Of a DNA stretch of 64,000 bases, positions 37,426 through 46,085 are shown one piece after another (the stretch's first letter is position 1; every line of letters starts with the position of its first letter). This stretch comes from Selenomonadaceae bacterium. Lineage in GTDB: Bacteria > Bacillota > Negativicutes > Selenomonadales > Selenomonadaceae. Under the pieces are notes generated by a model that saw only the letters and a list, made by a program, of their open reading frames with translations, was not told where the DNA came from and searched no databases. The stretch lies in contig JAFUXN010000014.1 of the NCBI GenBank assembly GCA_017477125.1, forward strand, positions 1,872-65,871, given 5' to 3'. The position numbers were made by a program, and so were the translations under genes.

Positions 37426-37896
37426 TCACCTTACGATATGCTTTTCAATCTCGCCGATGAGTGCGTAATGCGACTCGCCGAAAATTATATCCTTCGGGTC
37501 ATTGTATTTCGCCACCACATCAGCGGGCTCAAACTCTTTATCCATCTGCTTGAAATAAATCTTCTTGCAGATATAAATCTCGTTGGCTTCTTGGAACGTG
37601 ATGCCGTTGTCGATGAACTCGGGAGTGATCCCGGTCGCGCCGATCTTATCCATGTCTCTGCCCGACTTAAATCCGAACACCTTATGAATCTTGTTGAACT
37701 CCTTCGGGAAGTACGATACCGTGAAGTATTCGTTCGACTGTATGAAGTCAAAGGTGTAGCGTTCGGGCTTTATGAACGCGAAGTAAGCATTCTTGCTCCA
37801 AATCATGCCGATCGCGCCGAACATGATCGTCATCGAATTAAATTTTTCTTGAGTGCCGGCGCTGATGAGCGCCAACTCTTTACCGACGTTTGCCAC
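37426..37896 (-). CDS. Flavin reductase-like domain protein
   Basis: 156 aa. The NSMTIMFGAIGMIW...YTFDFI pattern is like split-barrel FMN-binding flavin reductases. The call is moderate. Confidence 0.65.
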   Translation of the reverse strand: MANVGKELALISAGTQEKFNSMTIMFGAIGMIWSKNAYFAFIKPERYTFDFIQSNEYFTVSYFPKEFNKIHKVFGFKSGRDMDKIGATGITPEFIDNGITFQEANEIYICKKIYFKQMDKEFEPADVVAKYNDPKDIIFGESHYALIGEIEKHIVR

Positions 37897-37902
37897 TTCA
37901 AA

Positions 37903-38232
37903 TCAACCTTTCCGTTTGTCGCGGAGAAAACTCTTGCCGAACTCTGACATGGCGGCGATGACGGGGTAGAGCGTCCTTCCGAATTCGGTGAGCGAGTACT
38001 CCGTCTTGGGCGGCACGACGGGATAAACTTCGCGATGAACAATGCCGTCATGCTCCAATTCTCTGAGCTGTTGGGTCAAAACTTTTTGGGTCGCCTTTCG
38101 GATCAGTTTGTGCAACTGATTAAACCTCAACGTATTTTGGAAGAGGTGATACAATATGATCGGTTTGTACTTGCCGCCGATCAACTTCAAAGTCACGTCG
38201 ACGGGGCAAACAAAATCCTCTTCGACGGACAT
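37903..38232 (-). CDS. HxlR-family transcriptional regulator
   Basis: Trimmed to the ATG at 38230-38232. CPVDVTLKLIGGKYKPIILYHL...RFNQL...ATQKVLTQQLRELEHDGIVHR...PPKTEYSLTEFG is the HxlR signature. Confidence 0.8.
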   Translation of the reverse strand: MSVEEDFVCPVDVTLKLIGGKYKPIILYHLFQNTLRFNQLHKLIRKATQKVLTQQLRELEHDGIVHREVYPVVPPKTEYSLTEFGRTLYPVIAAMSEFGKSFLRDKRKG

Positions 38233-38747
38233 TATTTTTTTGAGGCGAGGACGGTACGCGCGAGCCCTTTGATCCAATCTTGATGTCCTTGATTCATGAC
38301 GTCGGGCTCGGTGTTGAACAAGTCTTTGGCGGGCTTGCCCTTCTGAGACTCTTGAGTCAAAATCCTGACGCGCTCGAAAGGCAAATCCTCAATCAGCCAC
38401 GCGTGAATGACGTCGAGGCGATGGTCGACATCACCTTCCGCCCAACCGTGCCACGCCAAACGCCCGGGCTTGTCATCAACGGGCGGCTCAAACTCGACGA
38501 CCTGCGCTTCGATCGGGAACCCGAAGGTCGAGAACTTAAAACGCGTGTCGGCTCTGAGGACGGGCGCGCCTTCGGTATAGAAACTGATATCGCCGACGTT
38601 ATTGTAGTACGTCTGCCAAACGGAAGTATCGATCAGATTGTCGAAGACCTCTTTGGCGGTGATGCCCTTGACGATGATCTCATTCGACGCAAAGTTGTCG
38701 GTCGTGCCCGGCAGGTACCCCTCGGGCCAATTGACTTCGTTGAGCAT
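38232..38747 (-). CDS. SRPBCC (polyketide cyclase/START-like) domain protein
   Basis: ORF 38232..38834. Start tentatively placed at the ATG at 38745-38747 (AGGTG RBS). The size and beta-rich pattern suggest SRPBCC. Its TAA overlaps the hxlR ATG by 1 nt. Confidence 0.5.
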   Translation of the reverse strand: MLNEVNWPEGYLPGTTDNFASNEIIVKGITAKEVFDNLIDTSVWQTYYNNVGDISFYTEGAPVLRADTRFKFSTFGFPIEAQVVEFEPPVDDKPGRLAWHGWAEGDVDHRLDVIHAWLIEDLPFERVRILTQESQKGKPAKDLFNTEPDVMNQGHQDWIKGLARTVLASKK

Positions 38748-38871
38748 GCGATCACACCTATCAAAAAATCTTGATGTCATTCTATCGAAGGAAATTCCAA
38801 ATGGCAAGTACGCACTTTCAAGATACTTACACATCTAAAAGATACTATGAGCTATCAACTGCAAAGGATTG

Positions 38872-39627
38872 ATGATATTGAAACGAGCAATAATCGTGGC
38901 GAGCTTCGGGACGCTCGATGACGATGAACGGGCGCGGACGATTGATCTGATCGTGAGCGAGCTGATTGAGGCGTTGCCCGACGTAAAAATATTATCGGCG
39001 TTGACGTCGAACTTCATTCGTCGCAAACTGATCGGTCGGGGGCTTGTCGTTCGCTCGATCGATGAATGCTTGATCAAACTCCGCGCGGAATCGATCGACG
39101 AGATCACGATCCTGCCAACGCACCTGACGCCGGGCGAAGAGTTTGAGCAGAAGATCATGCCGTTCGCGACGGAGGGCGTGAAGGTGTTGACGCCGCTGTT
39201 CACGACGGATTGTTCGACGGCATTTGATCGACGCGCGCTTGACGTGGTGCTTGAATGTTATCGACCGTCGGCTGATGAAACGTTGGTGCTGATAGGGCAT
39301 GGCTCGCCGCACCGTCATAATCCCGTGTACGAAAATCTTCAACGGTTGGAGGAGCAGATTCACATCGGCGTAATCGAGCCGACGGATCGACCGAACTTCG
39401 ATGATGTGCTGCGACGGTTGAGAGAGGTCGGCGCAAAAAAATTACTCCTCGCGCCGCTGCTGCTGACGGGAGGAGCGCATGTTGTAAACGATATCTTTGG
39501 AGCCGACGAGGGCTCATGGTTGAGCCGATTGAAGGCGGCAGGCTTCGACGTCCGCGCTTGCGTTGACGGGCTGGGATCATTCGCTGCCTTCCGTCGCCTC
39601 TACCTCGAAAAATATTTATCGGTCTGA
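38872..39627 (+). CDS. cbiK: Sirohydrochlorin cobaltochelatase CbiK-like
   Basis: AIIVASFGT, ILPTHLTPGEEF, VLIGHGSPH and LAPLLLTGGAH fit the anaerobic chelatase pattern. Confidence 0.7.
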   Translation: MILKRAIIVASFGTLDDDERARTIDLIVSELIEALPDVKILSALTSNFIRRKLIGRGLVVRSIDECLIKLRAESIDEITILPTHLTPGEEFEQKIMPFATEGVKVLTPLFTTDCSTAFDRRALDVVLECYRPSADETLVLIGHGSPHRHNPVYENLQRLEEQIHIGVIEPTDRPNFDDVLRRLREVGAKKLLLAPLLLTGGAHVVNDIFGADEGSWLSRLKAAGFDVRACVDGLGSFAAFRRLYLEKYLSV

Positions 39628-39634
39628 AATAAAG

Positions 39635-39680
39635 AAGGCGGGCGCCCTTACTTCGGGAGGGCGTCACGCCTTTATTTTTT
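39635..39680. terminator. Bidirectional terminator between cbiK and fliT
   Basis: AAGGCG/CGCCTT and CGCCCT/AGGGCG arms (39635-39672), followed by TATTTTTT and preceded by AAATAAAG. Confidence 0.65.
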
Positions 39681-39683
39681 AGC

Positions 39684-40037
39684 TCAATATTTTTGATTGA
39701 AGATGCGCCCGCGGTTGCCGAACGCCGACGTCAGATCGTACGAGCGCACCGTCGACGTCTGCCGCCGCGATTTATTCAGCCACGCCCGCGCCTTGTATGC
39801 GATCTGCATGTCCATCGGCTTGATCTGTTCGATCATCGCCTTGCACTCATCGGTCTCGCGGAAATTGTTTTGCGGAAGAGCTTTCATCAGCTCGATCAAT
39901 TGACTGCGTTGAGGCACCAGCGTCAGGAATGTGTCAACGTCCCTCTTGTCGATGAACTTGAGCATTTCCCTCGTGATCACCACGTACTTGCGCCAGAGCC
40001 CTCGCGCTTGCGCTATGACTTCTTCGTCATCATGCAT
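39684..40037 (-). CDS. fliT: Flagellar protein FliT (Firmicutes type)
   Basis: 117-aa helical protein immediately downstream of and overlapping fliS, as in B. subtilis fliD-fliS-fliT. The call rests mainly on position. Confidence 0.55.
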   Translation of the reverse strand: MHDDEEVIAQARGLWRKYVVITREMLKFIDKRDVDTFLTLVPQRSQLIELMKALPQNNFRETDECKAMIEQIKPMDMQIAYKARAWLNKSRRQTSTVRSYDLTSAFGNRGRIFNQKY

Positions 40038-40434
40038 AACCTTGTCCGCCTTTCCCCTGCCCTTTCTCTGCCCGCGCCTTCTTCATCGCTCCGACCCACG
40101 CGTCTCGCAACTCCGTCATGATGTCCTTTGCCTCCTCGAGCTTCGACACATCGCTTCGAATGTTGCCTTCGACCAGCCGATCGTACACGTAATTGTAGAG
40201 CGGGAACAATTGATGCGATATCTCATAATCCATGTTGAGAGTCAACCGAAACTCCGAGATGATCCGCTGCGCCTTCTGCAGTGACGTATTGGCTGCCTCA
40301 TACTTTTTTGCCGACACCGCGTCTATGCCCTCGCCGATGAACTTCAGGCACCCGTTGTAGAGCATGAGAGTGAGCTGTTCGGGCGTAGCGGTCAAAACTT
40401 GCTGTCGCCTGTAAGCCTCTGCCGCATTTACCAT
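40030..40434 (-). CDS. fliS: Flagellar export chaperone FliS
   Basis: AYRRQQVLTATPEQLTLMLYNGCLKF...IISEFRLTLNMD...LFPLYNYVYDRLVEGN is the FliS signature. Confidence 0.9.
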   Translation of the reverse strand: MVNAAEAYRRQQVLTATPEQLTLMLYNGCLKFIGEGIDAVSAKKYEAANTSLQKAQRIISEFRLTLNMDYEISHQLFPLYNYVYDRLVEGNIRSDVSKLEEAKDIMTELRDAWVGAMKKARAEKGQGKGGQGYA

Positions 40435-40456
40435 GTTTTATAATCCTTTCTGCCGA

Positions 40457-42631
40457 TTACTCGCCGCCGGTGATGTAACTCAACTGCATGCCCAGCGTCG
40501 AGAGCGCGACTTCCATTGCATCATACTTCTTATAGAGACGCGTTTCAAACGCGTCGAGCTGCTTCTTGAAATCGCTCATCTTATTTTGGAGCTCGCGCAT
40601 CAACGTGCCGAGGTCGGAATCGTCGTTGGTGCTGTCGTCGGTGCCGGCACGATCCTTGATCAACTTCGTCGCGTCGACCATCACATCGCTCAACCGTTGC
40701 GCCAGACCGTTCTTATCAAAGTCATCGTCCTTCGACAGCGTACTGAAAACATTGTACGCCGCCTCGGAATCGTCGGTGAGCGCCGCGCGGAGTTTATCCT
40801 CGTCGAGAGTGAGCTGACCGTAAATGCCAGTGGTCGAAATGCCGAGAGAATACGCCGACGTATACTTGCCCGACAACCCCTCGATCGGATTGGAGATCGC
40901 CTCGCGCATTTTGGTCGTGATCTTGCTGAGCGTCTTGTCGTGGTAGAGCAAACCGGATTTCGCCTTCTCCTCCCACTTCTCGATCTGCTCGTCCTTCATC
41001 GTATCCTTCTGCGACGACGTCAACGGAGCATAATCGCTGTACTGCTTCTCATTGTATTTTTCATAGAGCCCGCTGAGCAGCTTATTATAATCCTCGACGA
41101 ACGACTTGACCTTGTCGATGATGCCGTCGACGTCTTGCTCGATATTGACATTGACCGTATCGGTTGAGACATTATGTAAGCTGTAAGTGACGCCGAACGC
41201 GGTGACATTGTTGCTCTTAAGATTCTCGTAGCGAACGCCGTCGATGACAGCAGAACCATTTTCGCCGCTGACGCCGAACGTCAAATCAGTGACCTTACCA
41301 GAAGCGCTGACGGTCAACGCATCTTCATCGGAAATGTCGGCGTCCTCGTCGAGGAGGTTAAACGTACTCAAAAATTCTTTTGCTTCGTCGCTCGAGGCGG
41401 TGATCTCAATTTTGCTGGCGGTGCCCTTACGAACGTCGGTGAGAGTGAAGATGCCCTCGTCGCTGAAACTCGCTTTCACGTTGGTGGTATCGGATTGAGC
41501 ATTGATGGTGCTGATCATTTCGCTGATGGTCGTCTTGTCGTTTCCGAGGTTGATCGTGGTTCCGTTGAGCGATATCTCGAGCGTATCAAACGACGTGCCG
41601 ACGGCATCACCCAATGTGGTATCGCTCGTTGCGATTTCCGTACGATTCATCACTGCGTCGGACGAAGAGATTGACGCCGACGTGCCGCCGTTGCCGATAT
41701 ATATCTGATCGCTCGACAATCCTTCGGCATTATCGTAGAAGTCGACCTTCTCGCCGCTCGAATTGCGACCGAGCAGTTCGCCGTCAAGCGATTGAGCGAG
41801 TTTCATGCCTTGGAAGAACGCGGCGGTGGTATTGCTGACGGTCTCATCGCTCGAGAGCGTGAAGTTGATCTTATTGTCCTCGCCGCCCTCCTTGTTATAG
41901 AAACTGAATTTGCCGCTGACGGCGTCGTAATTGGCTCTGATACCGGTGCCGAGCGCATTGAAATCCGACACGAAATCGTTGAAGGTTTTCTCCGTGCCCT
42001 CATTACGCACAAGCGAACCGTTTGTGTTTTTCGTGAGACCCAGCAGTTCTCCGTAAGTATATTTGAACGTGGCGGTATTGGTGCCGTCGCTGACGGTGAA
42101 CTCAAACGCGGTATCGTCTGCATCGACCGTATTGCCGTCGCTCGAATTACTGATGGTCGAGCCGTCGGCGCCTGTGATTGACAGAGTGCTGTCGGTCAAG
42201 CGGTAGGTTGAGCTCTGGAAGATGTAATCCTGCAATTGAACGCTGTTATCCGCGTCCGACGGATCTTTATTGATGACGCTGAGCGATTCGGTTGCGACCA
42301 GGTACGCGCTCGAGCTGAGCTTATCGACGGTGACCTTATGGTTCATCGTGACGGCATTGGCATTGGCAGTCGCAGTGACGGCGTTCGAGTTGGAGCTGGT
42401 GGCTGACTTTGCGCTCATGGTCGACGACATTTTGTACGGCGAGAGCGTCGACGTGCTGTAAGTCGTGAGCTTATTGTAGACTTCGTTGTAAGCCTGCTTG
42501 GTCCACTCGTTTTTGGTGTAAGACTGCTGCATTTTGTCGTACTGCTTCTGTTTGGTAAGCATTCCGACCTTGACCATCGATTCGACATCGATGCCGGAGC
42601 CCGACAGCCCGTAAATTCCATTGACTCCCAT
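40457..42631 (-). CDS. fliD: Flagellar filament capping protein FliD
   Basis: N-terminal GLSGSGIDVESMV and a C-terminal coiled coil ending KYDAMEVALSTLGMQLSYI. 724 aa with a long variable middle. Confidence 0.85.
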   Translation of the reverse strand: MGVNGIYGLSGSGIDVESMVKVGMLTKQKQYDKMQQSYTKNEWTKQAYNEVYNKLTTYSTSTLSPYKMSSTMSAKSATSSNSNAVTATANANAVTMNHKVTVDKLSSSAYLVATESLSVINKDPSDADNSVQLQDYIFQSSTYRLTDSTLSITGADGSTISNSSDGNTVDADDTAFEFTVSDGTNTATFKYTYGELLGLTKNTNGSLVRNEGTEKTFNDFVSDFNALGTGIRANYDAVSGKFSFYNKEGGEDNKINFTLSSDETVSNTTAAFFQGMKLAQSLDGELLGRNSSGEKVDFYDNAEGLSSDQIYIGNGGTSASISSSDAVMNRTEIATSDTTLGDAVGTSFDTLEISLNGTTINLGNDKTTISEMISTINAQSDTTNVKASFSDEGIFTLTDVRKGTASKIEITASSDEAKEFLSTFNLLDEDADISDEDALTVSASGKVTDLTFGVSGENGSAVIDGVRYENLKSNNVTAFGVTYSLHNVSTDTVNVNIEQDVDGIIDKVKSFVEDYNKLLSGLYEKYNEKQYSDYAPLTSSQKDTMKDEQIEKWEEKAKSGLLYHDKTLSKITTKMREAISNPIEGLSGKYTSAYSLGISTTGIYGQLTLDEDKLRAALTDDSEAAYNVFSTLSKDDDFDKNGLAQRLSDVMVDATKLIKDRAGTDDSTNDDSDLGTLMRELQNKMSDFKKQLDAFETRLYKKYDAMEVALSTLGMQLSYITGGE

Positions 42632-42676
42632 AATTTTCCCCTCCCTTGGAAAAACAACGCATAAACATATGGCATT

Positions 42677-43132
42677 CTACATGTTTTTATCGATGAAGGC
42701 GCCGAGCCAATCTTTAGCCCGAACCATGTTCTCTATCATCTCTTCGGGCGGAACTTCTTTGATCACTTCGTTCGTCCGCTTATCGACCATCTTGATCGAC
42801 ATGAGATTAACCTCTTTGTGATATTGAAACTCCAAATTGCAATTGATCCTGCTCATCAATTCATTGAACGCCTCGGTCATGAGCGCGACCGTCTTCTCGT
42901 CCAACGTGCCCGGGTCGAGCCTGTCTTCGTCCTGTGCGTAAATATCGTCGCGCTCAAACATTTCGTCGAGCTCTTCAGCCGGTTTGTTCACCTTCGGCGT
43001 ACCGTTGATGATCACTTGATTCTGAACGCCGATTGCCGAATCTCTGCTTGGAACTTTGCTGCCACTTTTGACGTGATCTGCCGAGCCTATTACGACCGCG
43101 GCGGTCAAGACATCCTGTAATTTTCCCACCAT
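42677..43132 (-). CDS. flaG: FlaG family protein
   Basis: The C-terminal LEFQYHKEVNLMSIKMVDKRTNEVIKEVPPEEMI is the FlaG motif. It lies upstream of fliD. Confidence 0.75.
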   Translation of the reverse strand: MVGKLQDVLTAAVVIGSADHVKSGSKVPSRDSAIGVQNQVIINGTPKVNKPAEELDEMFERDDIYAQDEDRLDPGTLDEKTVALMTEAFNELMSRINCNLEFQYHKEVNLMSIKMVDKRTNEVIKEVPPEEMIENMVRAKDWLGAFIDKNM

Positions 43133-43203
43133 CTTGAATCACTCCTCCTTGAAGTACTGCCATCCGTTAGCGGCGGTAGAGGACGCCCCGATGTCATGAC
43201 AGT

Positions 43204-43431
43204 TCAATTGTTCAACGGCAGAGCATTGCTCAAGTCGAGCTTACCGAGCTGTTGAGCGGCTCTGCGATTTTCCTCTTGGATCGCGCGGTAAATCTCTCCG
43301 CGATAGATTTTGATCTCCCTCGGCGCCTCGATCGCTATACGAACGTTTTCACCCTGCACCTCAACCACGTTGATTACAATGTCGTCGCCGATCATGATCT
43401 GTTGTCTGGGTTTGCGCGTCAGTACCAGCAT
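43204..43431 (-). CDS. csrA: Carbon storage regulator CsrA
   Basis: MLVLTRKPRQQIMIGDDIVINVVEVQGENVRIAIEAPREIKIYRGEIY. Confidence 0.95.
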   Translation of the reverse strand: MLVLTRKPRQQIMIGDDIVINVVEVQGENVRIAIEAPREIKIYRGEIYRAIQEENRRAAQQLGKLDLSNALPLNN

Positions 43432-43875
43432 TTATTCAACCCCCCTGTCGGGAAACAGACGATGTTTGGTGTTGTATCGGGTCTTCTCCATCACGAGCTG
43501 TTTCGCCTGCATGTTTTCGGTGTTGACAATGAGCGGGGCAAGCAAATTTGCCGTCATGTAACGAATGCTGCCGTTGGGGATGGTGATGATCGAGTAGAGC
43601 AATACGTCCTCGGAGTTTTGAATGTTGAGCTCGTTCATCGTCTCGTCGTCGACCTCGATAGAGTAGTCGGGGAAGAAGACGAAAGGCGTGGTGATCAGAA
43701 AAGCCAGCTCCGGCGATTTGAGCGATTGCATGAAGTAGTAGGGACTTTCCTCATCGTAGGGGATGATGACAAACTCGTGCTCATCCTCGAACGCGGGAAT
43801 GCCGCGGCTGAAGTGCACAATTTTATCCTCACTGATTTCGATCTCGCCAAACCTCATGGTGTTGATTTTTCTCAT
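43432..43875 (-). CDS. fliW: Flagellar assembly factor FliW
   Basis: FGEIEISEDKIVHFSRGIPAFE, PYYFMQS and ANLLAPLIVN. It abuts the csrA start. Confidence 0.9.
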   Translation of the reverse strand: MRKINTMRFGEIEISEDKIVHFSRGIPAFEDEHEFVIIPYDEESPYYFMQSLKSPELAFLITTPFVFFPDYSIEVDDETMNELNIQNSEDVLLYSIITIPNGSIRYMTANLLAPLIVNTENMQAKQLVMEKTRYNTKHRLFPDRGVE

Positions 43876-43902
43876 AAAACCCTGCCTCCAATTCGTTTTG
43901 AA

Positions 43903-44484
43903 CTAAGCGTAGATGTCGAACCGATCTTGCGTGGTCCATTGACGGAGAAAGCCGCGATCTCTGATATAAGTTTCGACGCTGCCGGTTGTGATTTGGATAG
44001 TCGGCCACGAGGCGAGGTCGAAACTGATGTCGGTGTCGCCGGTATCGATGTCGCCGACGTAGCGAGACGGTTCTTCGACGGTGGTGATGGGATCGGGTAT
44101 GGCACCGGCGACGAGGTAGCGCTGCTCCATGATATCCGCCTGACGAATTTGCTCGGCTCGTTCGCGAATGTAATTGCCGGATTTGGCGGCGTTCTCGATC
44201 ATCGACCACGATTCTCGAGCGTGAGCGGCGACAGCGGACTGAACGTCGCCGATTCCGCGCTGACCGTTTTCTCGAGTGAAGTCGGTCATATTTGTATTGC
44301 CGTAGGAATGTCGGCTGCGATAGCTGTCGGCGCCGAGCTCGGCTTGAGTTGAGCCTTTGTTCGAGCGCGCCTGACGTCGGTTGGTGTGCATGACCGGTTG
44401 CTCGTCGTGAGCCTGTTCGACGCGACTGTGCTGAATACGCAAACCAATTTGCGGCAACGAATGACGGATATTCAATTTTAACAC
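43903..44484 (-). CDS. YviE-like protein (conserved slot between flgL and fliW)
   Basis: 193 aa, GTG start with an AAAGGGGGA RBS. Same position as B. subtilis yviE. The family call is from synteny. Confidence 0.55.
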   Translation of the reverse strand: MLKLNIRHSLPQIGLRIQHSRVEQAHDEQPVMHTNRRQARSNKGSTQAELGADSYRSRHSYGNTNMTDFTRENGQRGIGDVQSAVAAHARESWSMIENAAKSGNYIRERAEQIRQADIMEQRYLVAGAIPDPITTVEEPSRYVGDIDTGDTDISFDLASWPTIQITTGSVETYIRDRGFLRQWTTQDRFDIYA

Positions 44485-44522
44485 TGGTAATTCCCCCTTT
44501 CGCGTTGAAATTCCTGCCGTTC

Positions 44523-44569
44523 AAATAAAAATTCCCACCCGCCCTTTGAAACTTGGTTGGGCGGGCGGG
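44523..44569 (-). terminator. Hairpin terminator after flgL
   Basis: CCCACCCGCCC (44534-44544) pairs with GGGCGGGCGGG (44559-44569). A T-rich run follows on the minus strand (AATTTTTATTT). Confidence 0.55.
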
Positions 44570-44595
44570 CTGTTTTTATGGTCGACTGAAATCGA

Positions 44596-46065
44596 TCAGA
44601 GGTAATCGGCTAAGGTTTGAGGCAAGATGCGTCCGCCCATTGAGAGCGACAAATTATAGAGCATCTGCTGAGTCATCAAATCCGTTGCGAGTTTCGCCAC
44701 GTCGGTTGCGCTCACGTTGGTGATGTCTTCGAGAATGTTATCGCCCTGACGCTCGAGCATGGTTTTGAAACTCTCGTAGAGTTGAGCGCGAGTGCCGACC
44801 TTTGTTTCCGCATAAGTGATCGTGCTGCTCGTAACCCTTGCGACGGTGATGCCGTCCGATGATGCCCATTCCATGTCGGCGTTCGCAACTTGCTGCTGCA
44901 CGGTCAACATCTGATTGAGCATGGCGCAACCCGAACGCTCATTGCCGGAAGCCGCATCGTCAAAGATATCCGTCCCGAACATGTCATAGCCGGTGACGTT
45001 GACGATATCGGAGACCTGATCTGCCGCGCCGTTGAGCTTGACCATTGAGATGTAACGCTCGTCGCCGGCGTAATCGACAATCTTCTGCTTGATCGTGGTA
45101 AAGTGCAGATTAATACTGTCCTTGACGACCTCTTCTTCCATGATCGGATTGTCGTCATCGTCGAGCTCGCCGGTATCGACCATTCGGGTGATCGGGTGCT
45201 GCATCGTCATGGTAATATCGTTATCGATGCCGTCAAGGAGCACCCCGCGACTGTCGAAGAAATTGCTGACGCGGAATCCGTCGGTATTGCCCTCGACGCC
45301 CATCGCCTCCTCGGCGTAGATGCCGAGCTTAAGGTAACCAACGCGGAAATTTGCTTTATTGCTGACGGTATTTGCGGCGTAATTGGTATCGAGCAGTTTG
45401 GGCGTGCCGAGTGCGATGGCATCTTTATATCCGTTGTCGACAAACTCTTTGGTGTAGATGTTGCCGTCGGACGTGTCGAGGTAATAAGTATTGCCGTCGT
45501 CGTCCTCAAGCGTGAGCATTTGAGTAAGCGAAGTCTGCTCGTCGACGTTATTGCCTTTGAAGAACGATATCTGATTGTTGTCGAGCGTCTTGGCGAGTCC
45601 GCGATCAACTTCGCTCGTCGACAGAGTGAACGGTCTGGTCAGATCGCGTTGACCCGAGAACAGATAGCGGTCGCCCTCTTGAACGTTGGCGGTCGCCACG
45701 ACCTCTTCAATCTGCACCATCATCTCTTTGGAGATCGCCACCATATCGCTCTCATTGTTGGAATCATTGCCGGCGTCGACGACCTTGCCGGTGAATGTCT
45801 GCATGATTTGCGAGATATGATCGAGCGACGCTTGAGAATGCGTCATCCACGACAGCGCGTTATTGACATTACGCGTATACTGGTCGTTCTCGCTTTGCGC
45901 ATTTTGATATCTCAACAGTTGAGAATATGCAACCGAGTCGTCCGACGGGCGATGAATGCTCGAGCCGTCGGCGTCCTCGAATAACTTGGTCTGCTTCTGA
46001 TATGCGAGGTTCAACGAGTGCTGATAATTGTACATGAATTGATTGCTGCTCATACGAACCGGCAT
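44596..46065 (-). CDS. flgL: Flagellar hook-associated protein 3 FlgL
   Basis: The N-terminal RPSDDSVAYSQLL motif and a flagellin-like C-terminal helix (LSLSMGGRILPQTLADYL). Confidence 0.8.
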   Translation of the reverse strand: MPVRMSSNQFMYNYQHSLNLAYQKQTKLFEDADGSSIHRPSDDSVAYSQLLRYQNAQSENDQYTRNVNNALSWMTHSQASLDHISQIMQTFTGKVVDAGNDSNNESDMVAISKEMMVQIEEVVATANVQEGDRYLFSGQRDLTRPFTLSTSEVDRGLAKTLDNNQISFFKGNNVDEQTSLTQMLTLEDDDGNTYYLDTSDGNIYTKEFVDNGYKDAIALGTPKLLDTNYAANTVSNKANFRVGYLKLGIYAEEAMGVEGNTDGFRVSNFFDSRGVLLDGIDNDITMTMQHPITRMVDTGELDDDDNPIMEEEVVKDSINLHFTTIKQKIVDYAGDERYISMVKLNGAADQVSDIVNVTGYDMFGTDIFDDAASGNERSGCAMLNQMLTVQQQVANADMEWASSDGITVARVTSSTITYAETKVGTRAQLYESFKTMLERQGDNILEDITNVSATDVAKLATDLMTQQMLYNLSLSMGGRILPQTLADYL

Positions 46066-46085
46066 TTTATGTCACTTCCTTTCGA

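Noticed and set aside
43252-44524. ORFs 43252..44352(+) and 43829..44524(-) across csrA, fliW and the yviE-like gene
   Set aside because: They overlap three compact, well-supported flagellar genes and have no independent support.
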